64,000 nucleotides of DNA from Histomonas meleagridis 2922-C6/04-290x (Eukaryota; Protista; Parabasalia). The stretch covers positions 62,001-126,000 of the forward strand of contig JAANOX010000144.1 of assembly GCA_020184695.1 (NCBI GenBank), given 5' to 3'. Positions 22,461 through 33,700 of this stretch are shown here, in pieces. The position numbers and the translations under genes were made by a program. The notes under the pieces were generated by a model. The model searched no databases. It saw only the letters and a program-made list of their open reading frames with translations, and had not been told where the DNA came from. Position 1 is the first letter of the stretch, and every line of letters begins with the position of its first letter.

Positions 22461-23623
22461 AGCGAAAAATTACACAATGGAATTTTTATATAACTCGAAA
22501 ATATTTTCATATATTCATTAATGAACATATTGATTAAACCCTATATCACATGTCTATAAGTGAATTCATTCGTATATTTTTTGGATATTTTGATTTTTTG
22601 ATTTTAAATATTTGAACATGCTTACAAAAAGTTAACATTGCACACAAAAACTGCATTATCACGAAGAAACATGTTGCCACAAACTTTTGTTCATTTTTGT
22701 TGATATAATATAATTGTTTTTTGTAAAAATTATTTAATATATGTTTCTAAATTGAATAAATTCAATTAATTTTTTATTTTTATCAAAATTTACAAAAATT
22801 GCATTTCTTTATTGAAATGAATTATTTTAATGAATAAATTTATTCAATAATCAAAATTCTTCTGATTTTTATTATACAGAGTGTACATTAATTTCATTTA
22901 AATCATTTTTTCATGTTTTTGTGATGTTCAAAAATATTTTTCAATTCACATGTCACATCATTATATTGAAATTTGTTGTTGCTTAAATGGGAAATTTCTC
23001 TAAAATGTACAAAAGAATTTTGATAAAACTGTTATAAATACGAAATATCGATTATATTCTATTTAATGGTACTTCAAATTTTAAAATACCATTGTGGAGG
23101 TTTTCGTAACAAATCGAAATAATATAATATGAACAAAAAATTAAACATGGTGTAAAATTTTATATTTTAAATTCCATTTCAACTTTACTATTATTTGATA
23201 ATACATGAACCAAAATATTCAATAATAATAAAAATATTTCAATATTTCGAGAATTTCGAAAAAATCATTAAATTAAACTAATTTACAAATTTTTTTAAAA
23301 TAAATTACAAAATTATATTTATTATGATACCTCTGTGAAATAGATAAAGTTTGGTTTGATTTCATTAAGGATGATGTTCATTTTTCATAAGTTTTTTTTC
23401 GCTTACACTACTCTTCAATAGTTAATAAAATATTTTCTGAATATACATATTCTTGAAAAATCTTGTAACAAACGATCCATTTTTTTATATAATTTTTTTT
23501 TGAAAAACGATTGAATTTATCAATTGCATTTTTTTTTATTTTTTGTATTTTCGAAAAATGTCCAATCTGATTTAATAATTTTATGAACAAATTTAATTAG
23601 CAAATGATTTTTAAATAACGGGC

Positions 23624-23885
23624 TTGAGATACATTTATCAATTCCTTTTATCTCATATTACTCATGTGCTTTCAAATTCTAAATATATTACATTTTTCGA
23701 CTTATTTAACATTTAATGTAATGATGTTGATTTCTCTATTTCTCCGAATATTTATCAATACCACAGTTTCTAGATAGCTCTATTCTGAAATTGTTTTTGA
23801 GAACGATATGAGCTGATTGGATAATATTTATTCGTCCATTAATTCAAATTTAATTTCGAGCCGCTCGAGCAAGTAAAATGATATA
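23624..23885 (+). repeat. Repeat block C, copy 2
   Basis: Colinear with 17137-17385. Confidence 0.85.
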
Positions 23886-24237
23886 AACTAATTGGAGAAA
23901 AAATAAATCCAAACTTTTATAATTTATTAGTTTTGCTTTTATATCTTTATTAATTTTTGAATTCTTCATCATTATTTTGGATTTTGTTAAATTTTGTATC
24001 TTCTCATTATTCTATAAAACAATATCATTTAATTTAGAGATTTAAGATCGAAGAAATATAAAATAAATTGTATAAACTATCATAAAATTTAATATCATAA
24101 TTATTCAAATTTTTTTATGAATAGCTTTTAGATAAGATTTCATATGGAAATTATTTATTATTATATTATTTTGCATCAACTTGAAATATTTAAAAATTAA
24201 TTCAAGTACTATTGTACTTCGGGGATACTTGTATATT

Positions 24238-24320
24238 ATTAAAATTTAAAAAAAAGTTTGCACTAATCATATTAGAAAAATTAAAATTTCTTGAAATTAA
24301 AAACATTCGGTTCGCACTGG
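24238..24320 (+). repeat. Repeat block A, copy 2
   Basis: Near-identical to 16184-16266. Confidence 0.9.
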
Positions 24321-24342
24321 GTTGTTAAGATTTATTTATAAA

Positions 24343-24447
24343 ATTTCCGGCCGCAAGCGGCAGGGACGTTGGCTCTCAGATTGCTACCAAAGATATACTT
24401 CTGTCAGCATGATCGAAGCAGCTGAAGAAATCACAGTTAAAATCTAA
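24343..24447 (+). mobile_element. Tyrosine recombinase C-terminal fragment (Crypton/DIRS-like)
   Basis: GC-rich island translating ISGRKRQGRWLSDCYQRYTSVSMIEAAEEITVKI*, matching the GRWxSxxxxRY catalytic-Tyr motif. Only 34 codons survive. Confidence 0.5.
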
Positions 24448-24779
24448 GCAGTAAAACAAAAAAATTTTATTTTTGTAATATTTATATTATTCGTAAGCAA
24501 AAGTGGTATAATTTTTTTTTCTGACCAGTAATCGAGTAAAGTACTGAAAAAGTTGGTCAAGAATTTGTTTTTATTCTTCAACAATTATTAGACCTGGTAC
24601 AATTGTCACTTTTCTCGTTAATACTATATATTAAACGCGATTTTGCATATACGTATATAGCGGCCATCCTACGATCTTTATATTATAAATATATCATATA
24701 TATACATACATAGTTACATATATGATTAATAAAAACCTGATTTTAATATAATGAATAAATTTATTCATGATGATAAAGT

Positions 24780-25130
24780 GTGGATCCACTTTTGTATGGT
24801 TAACGTCGAATAGTAACTTTTTGATAGCTGAATTCATTCATGATGTAATGTTCCGACCTGATTTGATAAAGCCTTTGGTAAATCTTCTAATAATCCTGTT
24901 GTAAATTTCAAAAGCAAAATATATTGCATGTTTTATATAATCTGGTAGTCTGTGAAATAATTCTTTATTCCCCATATAAATTAATTGTAGCAATGTAAAG
25001 TCGAAATATTTTCTGACCTCATTATATAATCTGCATAGTTTATTCGAAAAGTTTTATCAAATTTGTTTTTGTCCAGTCAGAGTCTTTTCTTTCTCTATTA
25101 ATAATTGTTCGAACAATTATTTTCTTTTTG
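24780..25130 (-). pseudogene. Degraded ORF fragments, unknown family
   Basis: Protein-like stretches (NKELFHRLPDYIKHAIYFAFEIYNRIIRRF) broken by stops and frameshifts. Confidence 0.25.
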
Positions 25131-25674
25131 ATAAAAAAGTAAGACTGCTATATAAAATTCAATTATGTGAGTAATTTCCTTAATAAATTTTCCCCTTTTT
25201 AAAAATTTAATCAAGGTCAATTTAATCAAAAATTAAAATCTAATAAATTTGAAAAAAACGTAAAGTTATATTTTACACATTACTTTCTTTGTTTGAATAA
25301 AAATTTTAATTTAAATCTAAATATATAGTTATTCAAATGTAAAATTTGAATGGATGGGACTTTTTCCGCGTCCACTATATTAAGTTCCAATATCTTAAAT
25401 GCCTAAGGGTGTCCCAAAATACAAAATTGATAGATATTCGATTTGAGAGAATTCAAAAAGTCGATAACTTTGTGACGAATTCAATTTCCACAAATTTAGG
25501 AGCTTTTCTCTATCCTGCTATTGTTGGTGTCCATTATTCCCATAAATATAATAAACATTATCATAAGTAACAAGACTAAAACATTATAGATCGCCATCAC
25601 AAGCATAAAAAAGTTAACACCTTCATTATATAATGGAAGTTTAGTGATCTGAATCATTCATTTAATATTCATAT

Positions 25675-27573
25675 TTATTCAATAAAAGGAATTTTAACTT
25701 TTGGCTTAGCATTAACTTTCATTTTAGATTCTATGATTACGCCTACAGCCTCATCAAAGTGACTTTGATTTACTGGAATCCATTCATGTTCCTTTGAATT
25801 TCTAATTGCGATTTCTATTGCTTCTGATTTCAACGATTCCAAGTCAGCGCCACTAAATCCTTCGCATTTCGCAGCTATTTCTTCTGTATTTATTGATTCG
25901 CACAAAGGGATTTTCTTGATGATTTTATCCAAGATATCTTTTCGAGCTTCCATATCTGGCATTGGGATTTGTATCTTCTTATCAAGTCGACCCGGCCTTA
26001 GCATCGCCTCATCGATTAATTCCAATCGATTCGTAGCTCCGATTACGAAAACTCGTCCTCGATCTTCAACGCCATCCATTTCAGTCAACAATTGATTTAC
26101 AACTCGAGAAGCAGCTTGGTTATTCGAATCCTCACTTCTTCGTGGACAAATAGCGTCGAACTCATCGAAAAATATTATACATGGAGCGCTATCACGTGCA
26201 CGTTGGAATACGCCTCTAATTGCAGATTCACTTTCTCCTAAATACTTATTAAGTAATTCGGGACCTTTAACACTGATAAAAGCTGCGCGATTAGCTTCTA
26301 ATGAAAGCGCTCGTGCTAAAAGTGTTTTGCCACAGCCTGGTGGCCCATATAAGACAACTCCGGATGATGGGCGATGTCCATATTGCGCAAAGACATCGGG
26401 GTTATTAATTGCATCGATAATTGACGATCGTAATATTTGTTTCACTTGATCTAATCCTCCGATTTCGTCAAATGAAACTGGCGGTAATGTTGCAAAGCCT
26501 TCACGTCGTAAAGTGGGTTGTACTCTTGGTATAGAACTGACTAAATCTTCCATTGTAATTGATTGTACTTCTTCTTCATTGTGAATAAGACGTTTGACGG
26601 CGGTTACGCCGGCTTCTTTGACTAACGAAATGATGTCAGCAGGAACAAAGCCATCAGTGTAACGTGAAATAAGATCAAGATTGACTTCAGGATGAATGTT
26701 AACCTTGGCTGCAAGAGTTTGAAAGATGCTAAGACGTTGAGCTTGATCTGGTAATCCGATCGAAATTTCTTTCCCAAAGCGCCCGCAACGACGAAGACTT
26801 GGATCAATGTCATCAATATGATTCGTGGTGGCAATAATAAAGACATCTTTGGTCATATCAGAAAATACTTCATCCATAAAGTAACAAAGTTGAGAAACTA
26901 TTCGAGCAGAAGATGATCCTTTCTTGTTGGTGACTATTTCGATGTTGTCAATAAGAAGAAGTGCAGGAGATGAATTCTGTAAAACTTTAAATAATGCTTT
27001 AATGCGTCCTTCTGTTTGACCAGCATACGCTTTGGTTGGTGAAATAAGTTCTGTTGCTGCGATTTTGAAGAATTTAAGGCCATATTGTGAAAATTCACCA
27101 GCTGCTGCTTCGGCTAATAATGATTTTCCACATCCAGAAGGACCATGAAGAATGACTCCCTTTTCTGGTGTAACACCAATTAGTTCAAAAAGATTTTTAT
27201 GTTGAACTGGAGTATTAATTAGTTCCCATAAACATGCTTTTTGAAATTCAAGACCACCAACATCTTTATATGAATACCTTGGGATAATGGGTTCTTGCTC
27301 AGGCGGTGATGATTGAATTTTTTGTAATTCTTGTGATGGAGATCTTGGTAACAAAGGTGGAGGTCTTGGAACAGTCTTTGGATTAAAAATCTTGTATCCA
27401 TTTGCTTGTATAACTTGCCTAGCAACCATTTCGAATTTATTTTTTCCAATTTTGAATTTTGGATTTTCTCTTCGAAGCATTTCAAAGGCAGCGCCAAATT
27501 CAACTCTTCCGTCATTTTCTTGTGCATACTTATTGATAATTGATTCAACAACTGCTTTTTGTGTATTTTCCAT
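25675..27573 (-). CDS. Double-AAA+ ATPase, NVL/Rix7-like
   Basis: D1 GPSGCGKS; D2 GPPGCGKT and IIFFDEFD; ELLNKYLGESESAIRGVFQRAR and RVVNQLLTEMDG. Likely start is MENTQK at 27573. Confidence 0.85.
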   Translation of the reverse strand: MENTQKAVVESIINKYAQENDGRVEFGAAFEMLRRENPKFKIGKNKFEMVARQVIQANGYKIFNPKTVPRPPPLLPRSPSQELQKIQSSPPEQEPIIPRYSYKDVGGLEFQKACLWELINTPVQHKNLFELIGVTPEKGVILHGPSGCGKSLLAEAAAGEFSQYGLKFFKIAATELISPTKAYAGQTEGRIKALFKVLQNSSPALLLIDNIEIVTNKKGSSSARIVSQLCYFMDEVFSDMTKDVFIIATTNHIDDIDPSLRRCGRFGKEISIGLPDQAQRLSIFQTLAAKVNIHPEVNLDLISRYTDGFVPADIISLVKEAGVTAVKRLIHNEEEVQSITMEDLVSSIPRVQPTLRREGFATLPPVSFDEIGGLDQVKQILRSSIIDAINNPDVFAQYGHRPSSGVVLYGPPGCGKTLLARALSLEANRAAFISVKGPELLNKYLGESESAIRGVFQRARDSAPCIIFFDEFDAICPRRSEDSNNQAASRVVNQLLTEMDGVEDRGRVFVIGATNRLELIDEAMLRPGRLDKKIQIPMPDMEARKDILDKIIKKIPLCESINTEEIAAKCEGFSGADLESLKSEAIEIAIRNSKEHEWIPVNQSHFDEAVGVIIESKMKVNAKPKVKIPFIE

Positions 27574-27742
27574 TTTTCTCGACCTCGAAAAAAAACGTTT
27601 TAGGGCACCTCGAAAATTGATCGTCATTATCATCAAAATGGAACTTAAATTCGTAAAACATTTTAATAGCATTAGAAATGAAATATAATCATGGTTAGCA
27701 TAGCTTTTTCAAAATAATGTTTTATTAAATTGAAAGATGCAA

Positions 27743-28360
27743 TCATTTTCCGCAGCAACCTTTGTTCTTGTTTTGCTCTGCGTTTGCAATGTCAACACCA
27801 ACAGCTTCTTCTGATGTCTTTGATTTGTTGTGTGATTGATTTGATTCAACAAATACTTGTGCAACCATTTGAATAAGTTCATTGACTCCACTCCCTGTCT
27901 TTGCGCTGACTTCATAAAAGCCGGCGTGGATTTCTTCTGCTTTGTCCATTCCTTCTTGGAGAGTGACACATTTTTCTTCTGGTGTTGTTTCACGAAGATC
28001 ACTCTTATTGCCAATCAAAAACAAAAGTACGTTGCTGCCACTATTTTCAATTAAGCTAGATACCCAAAAGTCGATGATTTCGAATGTCTTTTTATCATCT
28101 ATTGAATATAAAATAAGTCCAATTTGAGCATCACGACAATAAATTGGAGAGAGACACCTATACCTTTCTTGTCCAGCAGTATCCCATATTTGGAACTTTA
28201 CTTCTTTATCATCAACTTCAATTGTTTTATATGAATAACTAGCACCAACAGTTGGTGTAATGGATTCATCAAATGTATCAGTAACAATACGAGTAAGAAG
28301 TGCTGTTTTTCCAACTGATGTATCCCCAAGAAGCACAACTTTTGCACTTAAGCTTTTCAT
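27743..28360 (-). CDS. Rab GTPase (Rab5/21-like)
   Basis: GDTSVGKT, PTVGASY, WDTAGQE, GNKSD, SAK and C-terminal CC. Confidence 0.92.
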   Translation of the reverse strand: MKSLSAKVVLLGDTSVGKTALLTRIVTDTFDESITPTVGASYSYKTIEVDDKEVKFQIWDTAGQERYRCLSPIYCRDAQIGLILYSIDDKKTFEIIDFWVSSLIENSGSNVLLFLIGNKSDLRETTPEEKCVTLQEGMDKAEEIHAGFYEVSAKTGSGVNELIQMVAQVFVESNQSHNKSKTSEEAVGVDIANAEQNKNKGCCGK

Positions 28361-28833
28361 AATTATTTTTTGAAGGCGGTTTGTTCGTGTATAGAAAAAT
28401 GAAAAATCGATTGACTAGTTTACGTCAGCACTTTTCGGGTAATGAAAATTTTCGGTGGGCTTTTTTTAAGTTTTATAATTCATAAAGCAAATTAATAATA
28501 CAAAAAATTCAAACATGCTTCTAATTAATAATCAGCCTTAATATGATTCATAGTAAAAGAACAATTTTTCATGAAGATGTTTAATAAGTGTTAATTTACA
28601 AGCTTTTGCTTAACTAAAAATTAAACAAAATCTTTTTAAGGGTTGAATGTCATTCCTGGAAAAGCTTTTAGATCTAAATCTATAAAGATCTTTGAGTTTT
28701 TTCTATATTTAGGTGATATTTTACAGCGGTTTGCCCTGAGACCGTTTTTTTCTAGCCCAAAAAATTGAGGCCGTTTACTTTGCTTCATCATAAACAATAG
28801 AAAAAATAGTAAACGAAACCTTGGATTCTAACC

Positions 28834-30693
28834 ATGGATCCTTCTGTAGCAAAGCAACTTAAAATTATAAAAGAACGACTTAGGGCATTTAGAGAAATCC
28901 TTGATAGATCTAAATCACCTTTCCATTGTGTTCCAAAATCAAATTATAAACACAACAAGGTAAAGTCAAATTATGCAAAAAGAAAAGCATCACACCATAT
29001 AAACATATCAGACTCAGATAGTTCTAGCGATGTTCACAATGACAGATATCAAAATAAATATTATTCGGATTATTCATCAGATTCATCATACAAACCAAAA
29101 AAAAGAAGCACAAAGAAATGGGATACATACAAGCCAAAGAGAAAAAATCCATTTTTAAAACATAAAAGCACAAATAAATATTCATTTAAATCTGATTCTT
29201 CAGATGATTTTCGCACATACAAAAAACAACATTATCACTACGAGTCAGATTCATCAAGTTCTACAATAGAATGTCCGAATTGTGGTTTTCACTTCAAAAA
29301 GTATGATTCAAATTCATATTCTTCTCTTTCGAATTCGAGCTCCTCTGATTTTTCTATCACAAGTCATAGCAAGCATTTTTTGTCTTCATTTTCTGATGAA
29401 GATTTTTCCACATCAGAAGCATTATCATCAGAATCTTCCACATCTTCAGACGAAACATCAAAAATCTATGGTTTTACTAAGAGGATGCTTGATTATATAG
29501 ACATCAATTCGTCATCTGATATTTTTTATGAGTCAAATTCTCTTCCTACAAATGAGAAAAGTGACAAATATTTACTAAAAGAAAACAAAAAGCAAAAACA
29601 TTCAACAAAGGAAAGTAAATCATCTAAACATTCAATTGTTGAAAGTAAAAAATCAAAGCACTCGGCACCACAAAGTAAAGTATCGAAGCATTCAACACCA
29701 GAAAGTAAAAAATCAAAATATTCATCAAAAGAAAATCATAATACAAATCGAATAATATTAGAAAATAAAAAACCAAAATATTTGGAATCAGAAAGTTTAA
29801 CATCACAACATTCGACATCAGCAAATAAGAAATCAAAACATTCAACACCACAAAGTAAAGCATCATCAAAATATTCGATACATGAAAGCAAGAAATCAAA
29901 ACTTTCAACGCCACAAAGTAAAACATCTGAACTTTCCAAAGCTGAGTCCATATCATTTAAGAGTTCAACGTTCCAAAATTCGAAACAATTTGATTCTTCT
30001 TCATCATCATTTGATGATTCAAATCAATTCGAAAAGATTCAAAATAAAAGTTCAGATTCATCAAAAAAGAAAGAAAAACCTCAAAAACAAAAACTTATGA
30101 TTGGTTATCAAGCTGAAAATTGTTTAGAAGAATTTGGAAACGAATTTATTGAAGAAGAAGAAGAACTTAATGATATGTTTAATGGTGAAGAAGATATAAA
30201 TGAAATATTTAATATTGAAGAAGATATAAATGAAACATTTAATATTGAAGAAGATATAAATGAAAAATTTGATTTTGAAAACATTAATGGAATGTTTAAT
30301 ATTGAAGAAGATGTAAACGAAAGATTTAACAACGAAAACATTAATGGAGGTGAAGAAGATGTAAATGAAATGGAAAATATTATTAATATTGAAGAAGAAA
30401 TCCATGAAATTAATTCAGTTGATTCTAAAGTTAGGAATATGCTTAACGAAAAGAATTCATTAAATTCCTCTGAAGAAATAAAACAAAATGAAAATCAAGA
30501 AGAAAATATTTCGAACTTAAATTTCGATACTGATGTAATATCATTTGATGTTTCGGATTTGTCTAAGCTTTCGAAATTAATTGAGGAAGAAGAAGATAAT
30601 GAAATACAACATAGAAAACTTGATAATGATTTAATCAAAGATTTACTTCCTGAACTTGAATTATCATCAGATGTAAATCTTAAATTTGAATAA
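28834..30693 (+). CDS. Low-complexity Ser/Lys-rich and acidic-repeat hypothetical protein
   Basis: 619-aa ORF with KKSKHSTPxSK repeats and FNIEEDINE repeats. Confidence 0.75.
   Translation: MDPSVAKQLKIIKERLRAFREILDRSKSPFHCVPKSNYKHNKVKSNYAKRKASHHINISDSDSSSDVHNDRYQNKYYSDYSSDSSYKPKKRSTKKWDTYKPKRKNPFLKHKSTNKYSFKSDSSDDFRTYKKQHYHYESDSSSSTIECPNCGFHFKKYDSNSYSSLSNSSSSDFSITSHSKHFLSSFSDEDFSTSEALSSESSTSSDETSKIYGFTKRMLDYIDINSSSDIFYESNSLPTNEKSDKYLLKENKKQKHSTKESKSSKHSIVESKKSKHSAPQSKVSKHSTPESKKSKYSSKENHNTNRIILENKKPKYLESESLTSQHSTSANKKSKHSTPQSKASSKYSIHESKKSKLSTPQSKTSELSKAESISFKSSTFQNSKQFDSSSSSFDDSNQFEKIQNKSSDSSKKKEKPQKQKLMIGYQAENCLEEFGNEFIEEEEELNDMFNGEEDINEIFNIEEDINETFNIEEDINEKFDFENINGMFNIEEDVNERFNNENINGGEEDVNEMENIINIEEEIHEINSVDSKVRNMLNEKNSLNSSEEIKQNENQEENISNLNFDTDVISFDVSDLSKLSKLIEEEEDNEIQHRKLDNDLIKDLLPELELSSDVNLKFE
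30178..30327 (+). repeat. Coding 30-bp minisatellite (FNIEEDINEx)
   Basis: Three tandem 30-bp units plus further degenerate copies. Confidence 0.8.
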
Positions 30694-30761
30694 ATAATTG
30701 ATTTTATCATAAAAATAATTTATCTAAATAAAAAACAAATAAATTTTTTTTATATTATAAT

Positions 30762-31076
30762 ATGACTGCTAATGTGGAACAAATACATAATGAAAATAAA
30801 ATAATCGATGCACAAATTGATCAAGGAATTGACAAATTAGTTGATTCAACAGCAATTATAAAAGAAAATGCAAAAGATATTGGAAATGAAGTTAAAGATC
30901 AAGTTGAAATGATAGAAGATATGAATGATGAGATTGATAAAACAAATAGTAAAATAAATAAAGCAACATCAAAGGTGAAAGAATATGAAGAAATCACAGC
31001 GGGAAACTATATTTCTTGGATTGTCATGATAATTTTAATTATTGCAATAATTGTTGTGCTTATAGTATTTAAATAA
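30762..31076 (+). CDS. Qc-type SNARE
   Basis: Heptad SNARE helix (IGNEVKDQVEMIEDMNDEID) plus a C-terminal TM anchor. Confidence 0.85.
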   Translation: MTANVEQIHNENKIIDAQIDQGIDKLVDSTAIIKENAKDIGNEVKDQVEMIEDMNDEIDKTNSKINKATSKVKEYEEITAGNYISWIVMIILIIAIIVVLIVFK

Positions 31077-31369
31077 TTCACAATAAAAAATATTATATAT
31101 AAAAATAGAATTAAGTGAAACATATAAATAATAAATAAAGAAATTTTGTAGAGCGAGAAACAGTATATTTATTTTTGTTAATTTTATTACCCAACAGAAA
31201 ACTATTCACATGTGACGAAATTTTTGGGACTTGAAATATTTAGATTAGAAAAAAATTTAAAATGATTAAAGTATATTATGTTTTTCTGATTAATCAAATT
31301 AAGAACATTATTTTTTTGAAAAAGTTGAAATAATAAACGAACAGATTGCAGACGTTTATAATTAAAAAA

Positions 31370-33700
31370 ATGTCTGCTCCTTTGGTTCCTCTTTCTCCGC
31401 TTTCCGAAGAATTTGGGCTTATCGAATATGAATTACAAATACAACTTAACGCGCCTCGAATGGTATTAAGTGAAGCATATGATATTTCAAATCCTCATAT
31501 TGCTGTTCAATTTATGTCATTTTGCCAAGGTATGAAGCCAGAAAATCTTGTAAATGTTTTTGTTCCAACAAGCGAACTTTCTCAACCTGTTTCTGAAATC
31601 TCTTCTAAAGGCATAAAAGTTGATCCAAAGAAAGGTCTCAAGTTTCTTGTTGGTGGTCTCGACATTGATCGAAATGCGCCTACAATTGAAGTTCTTAAGC
31701 TTACAATTGCTTTAGGTAATACATTAAATTATCAATTTACAAAAGCTGCTGATGAAGAACCCACATTTTGTCAAGATCCTCCCAGCTCCTCTAATCTCAA
31801 ACCAGGCTATCATTCACTTTGTATTTCAGATCGTGGTGATTATGTAATTTTTAATTCATCTCAAATCAAAACATGTAACCTTATAAGATTTGAGGGTGGC
31901 AAGAATCTTGAAGAAGCTCATCCAGATGATGACACTTGTGATCTTTGCGGAAAGAATCAAGCAACAATCTGGTGTGTCAATGATTCAGCCAAACTATGTC
32001 CAAAATGTGACACTGAATCCCATAAAGAGAACAAAATCCTTCAACGTCACCAACGTATTCCTCTTTCCGAAGCACGTTCAGTAATTGAATTTTGTCCATT
32101 ACATGGCGACACACGTGTTTCATATTATTGTCCACAATGTCAAGCTCCTGTTTGCTTCAAGTGTAAAATGACTGGAACGCATTCTAAAGGTGATGCTGCA
32201 TCTCATCCATTAATTCCAATTCAAACCGCTTATTCCGAAGCACTTGAAGCATCGAAACAAGACGACCCAATCTTTACCCGTCGCAAGCAAATCATTGAGG
32301 AGAAGCTTCATCTTGCCGAGGATAAACTGCAATCAATCTTAGACAATCAGCAAAGTGTCGAAGATGAAATTATGCGCATAGCACAAGCAGCAATAGCGCA
32401 AACGCGTGAACTTGCAGGTGGTAAAGCGTTAATCGTTCGCTCAACAGTCACTGAATTGATCCGTAAAAAAGAAGAACTCGACAACATCAAAAAGTTCATT
32501 GAGTTGCATCGAGTTGTTTCGGGTCCACTTGCGTTCCTTCGTGCTTTCGATCGCCAAGAAATGGTTGTCGGCGCGATGCAAGAAGTGACTGATCTGCCAC
32601 TCGACTTACGCGTCGAAGGCGACTTGTGCGTGTTCGGAAGCCTCGAAGTAGCGCCAACCGAACAGCCGCGTAACTCGCCAATCAAACCTAAGACGCCGCT
32701 CAAAGTGGCGCAAGCAACGCCAAAGAAAACGCCACCTCCGCCGCCTCCACCTAAAGAAGAAAGCTCCGGATCTTTCTCATCTTCATCGCCACCGCCGCCA
32801 CCACCAAAAGTTGAAAGTACACCAAAGAAGAGCAAAACGAAAACAAAGAAAACGCATAACAATGAAGAAAAATCGAAAGGAACAAAGCAGCGGACGAAGA
32901 AAGCCGATGGAACACCGAAGCGAACGCCGCATAAGAAGAACTCTGATTCTGAATCTAAGAAAGAAGAAACGCAAAGTGAAAACATTGTTAGTAATGCGAA
33001 TGTTTCCGAAGCTAAAGAGGAACAACAAATGAACATTTCAAGTGGCATCTCCGGAATGAAACGTAAAAGTGATTTCGGTCCCGAGTATACATCGTTAATA
33101 GCATTAGCGCAACGCCGCGAAAAGAAGAATAAGCAAAAGGGGCAACAACTTAACTTCGTGCCATTCCAAGAAAGCGCAATATTGACATCGCCAGCGCAAT
33201 GTAAGGCATTATACTTATGTTTCCCATTCAGAGCATTACCGCAAACGCATTTGTTGTTCTCCACTGAAAGAGATGGAAGGTCGATAATGAAAATGCATCA
33301 GATGATTGACGGCATTGGTATCACTGCTGTTTTGATTAAGAAAGGAGAATTCATATTCGGCGGATTCGCTGCTGCTAAATGGAACTGCGACGGAATTCCT
33401 TTCGGTCACGGAGGAAACTCGTTTTTGTTTAGCGTGTCACAAGACGCTTTCATTCCGTATAAGCCGAGAGTTAAGGACTCGTGCAACTTATACGCAACAA
33501 AGGATACATTGACATTCGGTAAATACGACCTGATATTGGCTGATGACTTCGACCAATGCAGCGCAACTATCGAAAATTCATACGGAATTGGATTCAACCC
33601 CGGAAGTACAGAGGCACAGACATTCTTGGCGGGAGAGCCGGTGTTTGCTGCAGATATTGTTGAGGTTTGGGGATTCTTTACAATTGAACAACAAAAATAA
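31370..33700 (+). CDS. B-box zinc finger / coiled-coil / Pro-rich / TLDc protein with a possible PARP-like N-terminus
   Basis: B-boxes CDLC...WCVND...CPKCDTESH and CPLH...CPQC...CFKC; TLDc motifs LFSTERDG, FGGF, SFLFS and VEVW. ATG at 31370. Confidence 0.85.
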   Translation: MSAPLVPLSPLSEEFGLIEYELQIQLNAPRMVLSEAYDISNPHIAVQFMSFCQGMKPENLVNVFVPTSELSQPVSEISSKGIKVDPKKGLKFLVGGLDIDRNAPTIEVLKLTIALGNTLNYQFTKAADEEPTFCQDPPSSSNLKPGYHSLCISDRGDYVIFNSSQIKTCNLIRFEGGKNLEEAHPDDDTCDLCGKNQATIWCVNDSAKLCPKCDTESHKENKILQRHQRIPLSEARSVIEFCPLHGDTRVSYYCPQCQAPVCFKCKMTGTHSKGDAASHPLIPIQTAYSEALEASKQDDPIFTRRKQIIEEKLHLAEDKLQSILDNQQSVEDEIMRIAQAAIAQTRELAGGKALIVRSTVTELIRKKEELDNIKKFIELHRVVSGPLAFLRAFDRQEMVVGAMQEVTDLPLDLRVEGDLCVFGSLEVAPTEQPRNSPIKPKTPLKVAQATPKKTPPPPPPPKEESSGSFSSSSPPPPPPKVESTPKKSKTKTKKTHNNEEKSKGTKQRTKKADGTPKRTPHKKNSDSESKKEETQSENIVSNANVSEAKEEQQMNISSGISGMKRKSDFGPEYTSLIALAQRREKKNKQKGQQLNFVPFQESAILTSPAQCKALYLCFPFRALPQTHLLFSTERDGRSIMKMHQMIDGIGITAVLIKKGEFIFGGFAAAKWNCDGIPFGHGGNSFLFSVSQDAFIPYKPRVKDSCNLYATKDTLTFGKYDLILADDFDQCSATIENSYGIGFNPGSTEAQTFLAGEPVFAADIVEVWGFFTIEQQK

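Noticed and set aside
32347-33264. 305-aa antisense ORF and the other short overlapping ORFs in the track
   Set aside because: These are shadows of real genes or repeat tracts (e.g. poly-Gly mirrors poly-Pro) with no independent motifs.
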